Under the pieces are notes generated by a model, which worked only from the letters and a program-made list of their open reading frames with translations, was not told the origin of the DNA and did not search any database. 64,000 bases of DNA. Origin: Rhina ancylostomus (Eukaryota). A program made the translations under genes and the position numbers. Below, in pieces: positions 26,140-38,271 of this stretch (positions are counted from its first letter, which is position 1; each line of letters begins with the position of its first letter). The stretch covers positions 47,819,001 through 47,883,000 of the forward strand of contig JARFYF010000063.1 in assembly GCA_030265395.1 (NCBI GenBank), written 5' to 3'.

Positions 26140-26410
26140 CATATGGCCCCTTGAGACAGCTCTGCCATTCCATGAATTCTTGTCCCAATTTTCACTTTCC
26201 TGCCCAATCCCCACATGATGCAGTTCTCTTAATCTAAAAATCTAATTATCACAGCCTTGAATATATTCAGCAGCTAGACCTATGGGGTAGAGCATTGCGA
26301 AAATCTCTGAGTGAAGACACTTTCTCAAAACTCTATCCTTACAGCTTGAACCTGTTCTGAAGACTATGACCCTTAATTCGATGGCCTGCAGCCAGGAGCA
26401 GCAGCCACCA
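26140..26410 (-). mobile_element. CR1/HER1-like 3' fragment
   Basis: ccttgaatatattcag...ggggtagagcattgc...ctctgagtgaaga, as in the other reverse CR1 copies. Confidence 0.6.
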
Positions 26411-28879
26411 AGTATTCGCTGTTCATCATAGGACCTCAGATGCCCTGATGATCTAATTATTACATTAGTGTAGCTTTAATAGGATGTTTTTCCTAGGGTT
26501 AGATGTCCTCTGATGGGAAATGGACAATTTCCTATTTATTCAATCCAATAGAAATTTTCTCCAATCATTTAGCCGATCTGGTGGGCAGCAGAAAACATTT
26601 CCATTCTTTTTTATGACTATGAAGGCCAAGTCTTCTATTTAAATGTTGTCCTGGTTGTAGTCTCTGTGTTGTCCCATATCATTGCTTGGCAGTGAAATTC
26701 TTGAAATGGCTCATTCTAAAAACACATTTGGGATTCTCTATTTCAGTTCTCACGTTGACCTTAGATTACAGGGCTAATTTTGAACATGCGGTCCAACGTT
26801 ATAGCCAGCAAAACACTCATTCTAAATTCCTGTCTATATTGTCTGTATGCAGGTGTTGCCTCATTTAAAACAATCAGTTGTAGTGATCTCAATTGAGGCT
26901 TGTGTAATGTTATAGGAATGCAGTCTGCATGAGGACACCTGCAATTGTAACTTCCACTGAGAAGCTTTCAGAATTTTGCTTCTGATCTTTGTCCCATTTT
27001 TAGACAGTGACTCAAACGTGCAAGACCTTTTTAAAGCTATTGAGTACTCTTTGAAGTCTACCATTGCCATGGCATTCAGGAAATAATTTTGTATTTTTTT
27101 TGCATTAAATTAATAATGATTAATGCAATAAACAAATACAATTGGAAAGGAATTTGATTGCAAATTTGTCTGCAGTTTAGTATTTGGAGAACAAACATTA
27201 ATATAATTTATGATGTGTGTGTATATATACATAATGTGCTGGTTCATGAAATNNNNNNNNNNCCTATTGTTTTAATTTGGATATTATTTGATTGGCAAAG
27301 TTTATGTAAGAACACTTAGCATACTCATGTTAAATTCCTTTGTGTGCCATTTTTGGAGGGGATGACTTTACTTTATAAACATCTGGGGTGGTAGAGGGTG
27401 GAGGGGAGAGAAAGACAATTATTTCAAGGGTTCCTACCAGTATTTACTAATGGGAAAATACACCTCTAAATGCTTTGTGATAGCACTGAAAGGGATTGTG
27501 CAAGACTCTGCCAATGGATGAGCTGCCAAAGCCATTGAGAATTAGTACAATGCTATAAGTTAAAACAGATGAATGCATCAGTGTTTAGCTCACTTAGGTG
27601 GGAAGATTTAACCTTGAGACTGCTCTCATCCATAACAAGCACAGGCAGAAGGGGGAAAATGGTGTGAGTGCAATAGGCAAACAACCATTAAAAATGCTCT
27701 AATTTTCTTCAGGGATGTTCACCCTAAATTGTCCTCGCAATGGCAATAAATTACTAAAGAGGGAATTAGTGTTGTACCATGCATTGCAAGTTTTCTGCTG
27801 CCGTGCTCTAGTAAGTTAGGTTTCAATTAAATGTTGCATTTACTTACTTTCACATGATGTATAATTTTTTTAATAAGTGCCTGCTGTCCTCAGGTACCAC
27901 ACTGCTATGTGGCTCTGGAAAGTATCTCCCTGTTGTACATTGTGTTAATCCTAATCTGTATTTAGATCTCCCAGGCCAATATTCTTTTTCATTTTCAGGC
28001 TCTTGAATGTGAGGGATGTTTGACTGACAGAAACGTGAGGGGTTGGCAGAGTAACTAGTAGGAGCTATGATAGGCTGCTGACAGGTTGACACTTGGGTGC
28101 TTATCATGACAAGAAACAGTGCTAAACTGGTTCAGAATGCAAACCAGTATTCCCTCTGCTGATCTAAAATTCCCTTTGAACACAATATGGTTAAATGGGG
28201 TGTGTTGCTAGTCTAAGAACTCAGTTTGGTGCTTAAGAACCAACAAAGCTGCTTCTGAATTAAAGTGACTGCCATAGACCAGGACTTAATTACACGCAGC
28301 TTTACAAACAATTCACTCAAGGGGTCTACAGGTAGCACTTGTTAATGCAGTGTTTGGGCTACAACATTTTAAATATGTCTCTTCTATTGGAACTGGCTCC
28401 TTTTTATCCCTTCTTTATCTTTGGCCTGGCCAGCAGTGGTTGGGCACGGCATGGTTGCCAGACTATTTTAATGGCCTTCTTCAGCTGTCTTGCATGGAGT
28501 TGAGTTGTCTGAATCAAACAATTAGGTGCCTGCAATGAAGATAAATATTTGTGTCCTGTTCTAATTTCTCACGCTCCTTTAGTTCCTTCTTGCTAATGCA
28601 TCAAAATCCAGTTAGCATTCTCAAAAAGAATAGCCGGGCACTTTAGTTGTACCTGACCTGTAGAACTACAAGTGAACACCAGACAAAAAAAAATGTAAAG
28701 GGTGAGTTGAACACTCAGTCTGCGTTCTAATTCATAATGGTTCTACTATAGGTTGACACCATAGTCTCATCACTGAACTGTGCTGCAATGGATTTTGAAT
28801 CTGTCACAGTGGCCTAGAAATTTGACCACGTCCAAAAATGTGGGGGTGGGTCTCAGGTGATTAATGCGTCAGGGGGCAT

Positions 28880-28968
28880 GAAAATAAAAAGAAGACACTC
28901 AGCGGGTCGGTCGGCATTTTGGGAAGAGAAACAGAGTTCATGTTTCAGGGCTGAGGTCTCTCATCAAA
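28880..28968 (-). mobile_element. Degenerate Penelope-like terminus
   Basis: actcagcgggtcggtcggcatt...agagaaacagagttcatgtttcagg...ctcatcaaa. Confidence 0.5.
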
Positions 28969-29479
28969 GCACACAGCAGGCATGTCAGAGTTTCAGGGAA
29001 TAGATGGTCACAGGGATGAGGGGCGAGAACTGGGAGCTCAATGTAGCTCGCAAGTGGTTCCAAGGCCCAAATGAAATTACAATCAATGGCTCATTACAAT
29101 AACTTGGACTTGCAACTATTGCTATTCACCTGCTTGAAGGAAATGGAAGAACAAGCATTACTGACCTACTTACAGTAGCTGCAGGGGGTTATAGGAGCGT
29201 AACTGGCAATGAACAGGAGGACAGCATTGGAGGCCACAAACAGCTGCGGGACTTGCACAGCAGACCCCTTTGTCTCGAGGGCCCTGGTCCAGCAGGACCC
29301 TATTTCCACCCTACTTCCCCCAGACCCTTCCAAGGATCATGGAACAGGTGGAGGAAGTTCTTCAGGCAATATCTTGATCACTGGTAGAAAGGAGTGATCT
29401 TAGGGGCTGGGGATGGGTGCGGGTCAATGAAACAAGTCCAGCTCCCAGGACACAGCCATAATATAAAAGAACTCCATGA

Positions 29480-29760
29480 CTTGGATCACTCGAGTTTAGA
29501 ACAGCGCGAGGCATGTTGATTGAAACACACAAGATTGTGAGGGGTCTTGATGGGGTGAATGTGGAGAAGATTGTTCTCATCTTGTGGTAGAATCTAAAAC
29601 CAGGGCCACTGTTTAAAAAGAAGGGGTCACCCATGGAAGGCAGAGATGAGGTGAATTCTTTTATCTGTCAGAGGTCGGTGGAAGCAGAGTCTCTGAGTGT
29701 CTGAAGGCAGAATTTGATCGATTCCTGATGATCAAGAAGGTGAAAGGTTATCAGGAGATC
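29480..29760 (+). mobile_element. CR1/HER1-like 3' fragment
   Basis: gttgattgaaacacacaagattgtgaggggtcttgatggggtgaatgtggagaag...gaattctttt. Confidence 0.7.
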
Positions 29761-30359
29761 CTGTCAAGAGCCCTGCTCTCAAACTCTCAGCCTACACCCT
29801 CAACACCTCCTCCCTCACTCCTTATAAAGTTCCTCCCGGTCATTTATCTTCACTCTCCTGCATTCATTGTGTGGCATTTTAGCACCACTTCCTCCCTCCT
29901 CACATATTGCCCTTACTATGGTTTAAACCCTTATGACCACACCCCTCATATTATACTCTTTTGAAGATCATTGGACTGAGATGTAGGGTGATATTCCCTA
30001 AATACTTTGCCATTGTTTTGCAGAAGCCTTCTGTTCTCCCCCAAGAAGGCACTGTCTTGCAGCAAGAGTCTGTAACTGGAGGAAGCCCGTTCCACCTGAA
30101 GATTTTATCAACCATGGGAAAGAAAATGTTGGTTATTGCAGGCAGGGGCACACCATGGCCATGTCGAGAGACAACGTTCAAGTCATTTCACGTTAACGTT
30201 TTATTTCCTGTTTTTTGATGCCTGGTGACCTGCTGCTGCTTTCACCTGTAGCTCTATCTCGTCCCTTCAAACTGTAATCTAATCCTTGTTCTCCTTCATT
30301 TAAATGTTAAAGAGAACTCCTCCTCTTTAGGAAGAGGAGGACAACCTTCTTAAATCTAG

Positions 30360-30680
30360 AAACATTTGAATTAGGAGCACAGTAAGCCACTCAATCCCTT
30401 GAGCTGCTCCTCGATTCAATAAGATCGTGGCTAATCTGGTGGTAACCTCTCTCCAAATTCTGCCTCATGAATATTCAAAGATCCAGCTTCTACTGCCTTC
30501 TGAGAGAATTAAAATTTCATCTGCTTTCCCCCTTAGATGGGCAACCCCTTATTTTTAAAATAGTGACCCCTGGTTTTAGATCCACAAGAGGGAACATCCT
30601 CTCCACATCCACCCTCTCAAGACTCCTCAGGATCTCGTATGTTTCAATCAAGTTGTCTCTCCCTCTTCTAAATTGTAGTG
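30360..30680 (-). mobile_element. CR1/HER1-like 3' fragment
   Basis: gaattaggagcacagtaagccactcaatcccttgagctgctc...ttcaataagatcgtggct reverse tail. Confidence 0.7.
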
Positions 30681-33600
30681 TATCTCACTTGAACTGACCA
30701 TAGACACAGTAGTGGATTGGTGTCACATGTGCTTCAGAGGACATGTGAGAGGAAAAGTCTAATCATCAGTTGCAAGTCAACAGGAACAAAGGTAGTAATG
30801 GTGGTGAGGTGAATGGGATGCCCTGGGTGCCAGTGGAGTAGAGGGTGAGATAATATACTTGTTTTGCTGCTGAAGCCTTGGGATACAAGCATAGATGGCC
30901 TGAGCTTTTCAAGTAGGTTCATGGCCACACATAAGGAAGTACTAGGTGCACTGGGCAACTTGGTAGTGAGCTTGTACACAATGGCTCAGAAAATGGAGGA
31001 GTCTAGTTCCAGCTGCCATTGTGCAGAGCAGAGTTTCTAAAAAGACCGAAAAAAACAAACTAAAAAAGACAGATAATCTGAGAATTGAGTTCATACTGAA
31101 GCCACCCTTAAAAGGATGACATCTTTTATTTAGTTGTTCTATTTTTTTGCAAAAGGATTTTTTTTTGTCAATGTGCCTGCTTGGGCTTTCGATTGTAGGT
31201 AGCCTTGAATCTTTTATGTGGTGTCTGTACAATTTAAATGCCACTGTAAGGTTTTGTAACTGAAGAGGCTGAATTGTGTGTTTGTATTTTGAAACTGACA
31301 GATTGGTTTTCTAAAGCATGTCCATTGTTCTGTTAATTAATGGAATGTTGGAAATGTTGTCATAAGGCTTTGGAGATTGTCACCACTGAATAGAAGAAAA
31401 ATCTAAAGCTTTCATTAATGCAATCTAAAGAACATCTCTGAATGCTAAGAATTTATTTTTATTGATATTTGATGTAAACTACATTGCAAAATCTAGTTCC
31501 TTTTCTCTAATAGAACTTACTTTGTAGCCATTATAATTTTATAAAGACTTGCAACATACGGAAGAGATTGAAAATGTGTGTGTTTTTTTAAAGAATTAAA
31601 GTTTTAGTTAGCAACACTTCGTATTTCAAAACGTTGCCCAAAGCTTAGATTTTGTACAGATAACTGCAATAATGGGATAATATTTTATTTTAGCATGCAT
31701 TTTACAAGTGGAAGATTAATGAGCATTCGGAGAACCAGCTAATGTGGGAAAAGAAGTGATAATCGACATTAGAGTCTTGTGTTTAGGTATATTTTGCTGG
31801 AACAGGTGGTAACTCTCAGCATATCACAACCCAATTAAAAAGAATTGGACAGTTACCACTGGGAGAACAAATCACTCATCCATGACTCTTTTGAAAGATA
31901 GTAATAGTTTCCGGGACATTTAAGCTTTTAAAGAGAAAGAAATGCTTCTCCTTGTCTTAATTCAACACATTTTTTAAAATCTACCTACAGGGTTGCAAAA
32001 CTGACGGCCCACTTCCCAGTGGACAGGAGAATATGGAGGATGGCTGCAGCCTGCACGTTCCTTTAGAGCTTGAGGATCACTCTTGCTATTCGCTGAATGT
32101 CACAACTCTGAAGCGAGTTGGCAGCTTGTATTTGGACTGATTAAACCAAGATGACAGGTGTCCTTCTGACTTGCGTTGTGCACTAGGTTGGAAAGTGACG
32201 ATGCTGCAATGGATCCTCTGTGTGTGGTGCAGTAAGCTCTTGAGTGTCTTTAAGGAAACTGATAAAGTAGATTGATAATGGGTGTTCTGTCATCATTAAG
32301 GTTGAGGCCACTCTCTGCCACCTAAAAGTTTTCTATCATTCAGAAGATCAAGGAGGTTAGTCTCCAGTTTAGCTTCGACTGTGTTCCACTTGACTAAAAC
32401 AAATCAGACAACAACAGTTCCTTTGAGGAATGGCATACTGAGTTTTTACTGTAAAATAGTGTTAGCAAATATTATTTACAAAGCTCTTTTTCTGATATTT
32501 AGAATATGATTCCTGACTGAAATAATTATTCAAGTTGAAGTTAGCGAAAGTCATGATTGCATGAGTTTTAGCTGTTAAGGTGTGTAGTAAAGGCAATGGT
32601 CAAAGCATCACAATTTAAATAGCAGGAAGTAAAAACAAGATCAGACATGGCAGCAAATTCTCAGAAAAACATAAGTGTGATACATTGAACCATCTTTGGT
32701 ATCAATTCGGGTTTGTCCCAATGGATAGTAAATAGACTTTGGCACTGCTCTGCAAGTTTATCAAAAATTAGAAACAATTTTGTCAATAGTAATGTAAGGG
32801 GCAGGACTAATTCTTGTTAGAAATGGACAAACAAAGATGAAACTAGATCAAAGTGAGGCATTGCATGATGCCCTAATTTTCTGGTTTGATAATATGATAA
32901 AATTATCGGGTAAGGAAAAGAATGGATTTCTTTTTAGTTAGCACCTGCAGGATTGACCATGGAATGTCTCATTTCTGGAGAGGGACTGTTGCAATACTGA
33001 TGATGTATTAATATTTGGGACATGTAAAATTAATGATTGTCATCATCTGCTTTTTTTATGGTTGCTAACATATATCATAACAAATGTAATTATGATAAAT
33101 TAACAAAGGAAAATATCTCAGAGGACTTCAAACTCTAGACAGTGGTGAGATTTATGGTATGTCACATCATTGTCACTTTCTACATGTCATGCATTTAAAA
33201 TGGATTGCATGTGTTATTGAATATATTGTAATAGGCCATGTGTGTGACCCTAATTTTGGTTCTGTAGTGAGTGAAATCGGTTGTCTATGTGGCATTCAAG
33301 TAATTCTGGAGCTTCACCCAATACTGTAAGTACTTATGTACAGAAGCACTTCTAAAGTTTTAAAGCATAACTAATTACTTCAGCATAGGTTTTCTGTTAA
33401 CTATTCTATACTAAAGCAAATAGATGTTGATGTGCCGTTGGTTTCAAAAGATAAAATACACAAATATGCTAGAATTCTATTATTATTGCACAATAAGTGG
33501 CCCAATGCTAAAATTTTCTGATTAACTATAGAACAAATAGATATAGATTAATGTTAGTTGATAAGATATTAACAAAGTAAACCAGTTTCTGGTAGCAACT

Positions 33601-34359
33601 GAGGGAAAAATGGACAATGCTTCATTCCAGCTTATTCTAACAATCTCCCGATGCCTTTGCTTACTCAATCTTTATTCACTGAAAGAATGGAGATAAAAAC
33701 AAAAAAAAAGAATTAAGATAAGATTAGCATTAATGATTGAATGTGTTTCTTTATGAAGAAAGTCACTTCCATCTTATTCATCAGCAAGATACTAACATTC
33801 CCCTCAAACGGTTAAATAACTTCAAATGGGAAGCCAGGATTTTTGCCTTTTAATTTCTGGGATTCTGCTCACTCACAGATTACTTATTGTGTGAAGAATT
33901 CTGTGATTTCAATCCTAAGAATATCTTTTATCATTCGAAAATATATCTCCTATTGTTTGTTGCACAATTTAATGTATAGTAGCATTTTATGTTAGGTTTC
34001 TCTTTAGTTGTTAGAGCTTGAATGCTGCTAAACAATGATTTTTCAGCCACATTTGCTTAGCTGAAAAGCTGAACAGTCCAACTTTGGTTTGTCATAGTAA
34101 TTAAATATGCAGTGAGCATTCCAATTGTATTGCCTATCTGATCAGCATGAAATGCCTGAACCAATATGCTGGTTGGGCTTCAGCAGCCTGTCACCTGTGA
34201 GTGCTGGATAGACTATTTTCTGAACACAAACCATATTAGCCCCTAGTGCAGCTTGAAATTTCTTTTCTGTGCAGTTTCCACCCCATGACCAAAGTGTGGT
34301 CTCACCAGAGCACTGTCATTCTAATTGAAAAGTTGCAAGGCTTGATTGCCAGTCATTGT

Positions 34360-34590
34360 TATATTAGCTGCTGTGAACCAGGGAGTCAGAAATGGCACCT
34401 TGCTGTCCCAGCCTAGAAAGGGAAAATGCAGATTGCTGCTTAAAATGTGTGTAGATTCAATGAAAATAGGGGCAAGTTGCCAGTGGTGCAGTCCCGCCCC
34501 AGTGACAAAGCCTGTTTACAGTATTTGACTAATGGCCTTATGAGTGAGGTCCTATTACCTGGTGCTCAGGAAAACTATCCCTTAAAGGAA
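34360..34590 (+). mobile_element. Ancient SINE relic (AmnSINE2-like)
   Basis: ttagctgc...cctagaaagggaaaat...aatgtgtgtaga...aatggccttatgagtgaggt...ctggtgctcaggaaaactatccc is collinear with the same recalled consensus as 25540-25670. Confidence 0.3.
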
Positions 34591-35744
34591 CCCCAGCTTT
34601 TGGAGAGGTGGGATGTGGAGAATGAGGTTTGTATTGCAGGAATTTAAAGTTGCTGGTTTCTGAAGGGACTCAAGTGGGGCCCTCAGCACTGTGGGTGAAC
34701 ATGTGCACATTCGCATGCATTGTACATTTTGTTTCAATGATGGTGTCTGCAGTGGAGATGAGGTGACCCTCTTGCCCCAACTTGTGTACAGCCCTGCAAG
34801 GGATGGGAATGAGTAAGCGAAGTGAAAAACATTGCTAAGCTTTTAGGAAAGCAACAACTAAAACTTCTGGAAATCTGAATCAGGACGATAGGTTAATGCT
34901 TGAGTGAGGAGCCAAAAGATGACTTTACCTTTCTCTTTCAGAAACTGATTACCCTGTTCTACATTCCAGCCACTTTCACTTTCAATTTGAGATTCCCAGT
35001 ATTTGCTGCTTTTTTTTAAATCCTCAACTAAATATTTTGGGATCAGTAATAAAGTAAACTGCTAGTATACTTACATTGAGACTATTTAACTTTAATAGAT
35101 AACAATGGAAATTGTTAGAAATATTTAATACATCAATTGCTAAAGTTGCAGACATCCAGTTTAGGTGACAAAGACAGGTATTGGCAGGGGCAACTTATCA
35201 TGTCATATCCCAAACCTGGGGTTGTGAGACTCGGGTAACTAATTATGAAAGAGCTAAATGACAAAGCAAGTAAGAAGAAATATTCAATCACCTGTTAGAA
35301 CAAATAATATTCTAGTGTTTTTGCTCCCATGCTTTTGATATGTTAAACATGACAGCACCAGTCCAGTTTATCATATAACTAAGTAATTGGATTGGTGGGG
35401 CGAGGGTGTTTGGGAAGCAGCCGGGTGGCGGTGCCTCTGTTTGTGTGTAACCTGAAAACAATTCCTTTACTGGACAATGTGGAATGAGGTCAGTGTATGT
35501 TATTTACTATTGNNNNNNNNNNNNNNNNNNNNNNNNNNNNNNNNNNNNNNNNNNNNNNNNNNNNNNNNNNNNNNNNNNNNNNNNNNNNNNNNNNNNNNNN
35601 NNNNNNNNNNNNAGGTCAGTGTATGTTATTTACTATTGACTGTGAACAGTAATAATTAATATTCATTTTATTTCTCTTTGGTAAAACCCACAACAAAGTA
35701 ACACACATAAAGATAACACGACAGAGGTCTTGGACTCAACAAGT

Positions 35745-38023
35745 GATATGCCGTGCATATCACTATTTATTGAAATACTGAAAAATTCCATCAGTGTAAA
35801 GAAACTCTTGGCAAGAAATGACATGACAGAACGTCATTCCACGTATTTTATAGTACATTTAGAGTCATGAACCAAGTATCTGCACACTGAGTAGGAGTTG
35901 AATGGTCTGAAATCCAAGGCAGCTGCAGAACATCAGCAATACATAAGAAAGTACTGACTAGACAGAATGTCTGTTCACACAAAATAGCACAATAATAAAA
36001 CAGTAAAAGCTTAACATTATTTTGTGTTCTCTGCATCCTTTTATATTTACTACCAGGGCTTGCCAGATAAATCATTTGCCACAGCCTATTTCATTAACGT
36101 ACAGTTTTGGGCAGCGTGAGAGGAACCCTTCGTTGGCCTGGCAGTGTCCTTGAAATCCCAAGGTAGAACTGTTCTGATTGAATTCTGGGCAATGCACCCA
36201 TTTAATACTCTCCAAAATAATTGTAAACAACACAACAGAGAAGTAGCTTCACAATGTTCTGTAAGACATCAGTTAAGGGATTTCCTAAGACCTGAAGCAG
36301 TCAGCTAAGAGTATAGAGAGGGGCCAGAAGTCTACCTCTCTAGTATGTAGCAGATAAAGCTAGTTCAGTGCTTATGTCCATTGAAGTAAGTGTCACGGTT
36401 TTACATTCTGCACTGCAGTGAGACCACGGAATACAGAAAACATAAGCTAACTACAGTCTTTGGTATAGAACATATAGTTTACAAGACAATTTATTACTTA
36501 ATGCAAGATTTCAACTTTAAAGCTTTCTGCTTAGCTAAAGATGAAGCCATAGTTCACATCATTTGCAACAGATTTATCTTTTTTACATTATCAGATTTGT
36601 ACTATATATATAATATATATTTAAATGAACTGCTTGATTCTTTAAGATATATGTTTGTCCCTGAACTGGCTGTAGCTGCAAATTTTTGAAAGGTGCTACA
36701 GTGAACAAATGCAGTTATTTGGCTTTGTCATTCTTGCTCTCTTCCACAGAGATGAAACAATGGAGAAATAAATTAGTAACATAATTCTCTACAGCTTAAA
36801 CTATGATGTACAATATAAACGGCACTATTCCAATAACAAAGCCAACATCCTGAAAAAAATCTAATTGTTTATACAATTCTACAAATGATCATTGTGGCCA
36901 AAGATCTATCTGTTCAAATTAAAGTCTTAGTGGGATTCCCTTTTTGATTTTAGTGTCTCACGACATACAAATTAAGTACTGGTAAAAAAGTTACCAATCA
37001 AACATAATTAAGGAAATCATTGCTTTGCAATTCATGTCATCACAGTTCTTTCCCACAGGAGCTAGTAAATGTAAACACCTTTGTTTGCTGAATTTACAGT
37101 ATTAATACTTCAGTGATATTCTTTCGTATATTCAGATTCACAGAAATAAGGCAATGCTCTACTTAACCGTGACATCACAAATTTAATACTACTATGCTAA
37201 GTATTAAGAGTTGTGAATGTGAGATGAGCTTTTGAAATCCCAGATCAGTTTCTAGTTCGCTTTTCCTTCTTCCTTTATTGTTCTGCAGCAGGCTTTGGTC
37301 TTCAAATAACGTACACGTTTTGGCTAAAAAAACCTAATGGGTACGTAAGGGGGGTTGTCAGACTAATTACTTGACAGATGGTTCCTTGCAGCCTTTGCAG
37401 GCCTCACACATTGATGGGCTCTTGTGATCTGAGTGAACAAATGGAGAATGAAGCCATTCTACAGGCAAGCCTTCAGATCCCCTATCAGGTACCACACCGA
37501 CAATCACTGGGGACATTGCTTTGGGGAAGAGGAGGGATCAAGTAGGTTATGACAGCTCATTACTAATACCAGGTTTGCTTCCTATCCCACATGCTTTGAA
37601 ATCTAAGGGTTTCTTAGTGCACATGAGGCCCCAACTGTATTGCCATTAGTGCACAAACCCCAAGCTTATTCTTAAATTTCCCAGAATTAATGGTCTATCT
37701 AAAGAAATTGGAAATGATTGTGAGATATTAATTTGATCAGTTCGACAAAGTGAACTTCATATGAGTAAGCACTTCCTTCAAAGCCTCACAGAGGTTTCCT
37801 TTGGGGATGGGGGATGTGCAGTAGAGGTGTGCTGGGTTCACAGTTATCAGATTCCATGGCAATACCCTGATACATCACTTGGCTAATGATGAACAGATCT
37901 CATTATATTGTCCCCTTTCCATTTAGTGCACTGAAATGTTTCTTGTTTTTCTCTTTTAAAATTAACGTTGCTTGGTGCAGCTTGGAATTTCTGCACAAGA
38001 CACAAAGGCCCCGGGGATGTAGT
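35745..38023 (-). other. NR5A2: Predicted NR5A2 3'UTR (~2.3 kb)
   Basis: Repeat-poor AT-rich stretch after the stop codon, ending at an AATAAA followed by a GU-rich tract; contains several miRNA seed matches. The 3' end is inferred, with no transcript data. Confidence 0.7.
35766..35771 (-). terminator. Likely distal polyadenylation signal AATAAA of NR5A2
   Basis: Minus strand reads cagtatttcAATAAAtagtgatatgc, followed ~40-80 nt later by tgtcgtgttatctttatgtgtgttactttgttgtggg (GU/U-rich element). Other AATAAA hexamers at 37279-37274, 36495-36490 and 35672-35667 are alternatives. Confidence 0.65.
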
Positions 38024-38271
38024 CTAGGCTCTCTTGGCATGCAGCATCTCAATGAGAAGGTTGTTGCAGGGCACATCTCCATTCAGGTGCTTGTAGTAGA
38101 GGTATTCTTCGGCCTGCATGCTGATGGCCCTGATTTCAGGTAATCGCAGGAGAAGCTGTCCAAACTTGTCCATTTGCTGAGGATAGTTACATATCGTATA
38201 GTCTAGCAGTGTAGCATTAACTTGTTCCTGTACGCTTTCAACCAGGTGGTAGTTCTCCAGGTTTTTTACAT
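38024..38271 (-). CDS. NR5A2: Final coding exon of nuclear receptor NR5A2 (LRH-1/FTF): C-terminal ligand-binding domain and AF-2
   Basis: Translates to (D)[81 protein letters not shown], matching the vertebrate NR5A2 C-terminus (ends HAKRA, unlike NR5A1). Acceptor tttctttcAG (AG at 38273-38272), phase-1 junction in the Asp codon, TAG stop at 38026-38024. Confidence 0.96.
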
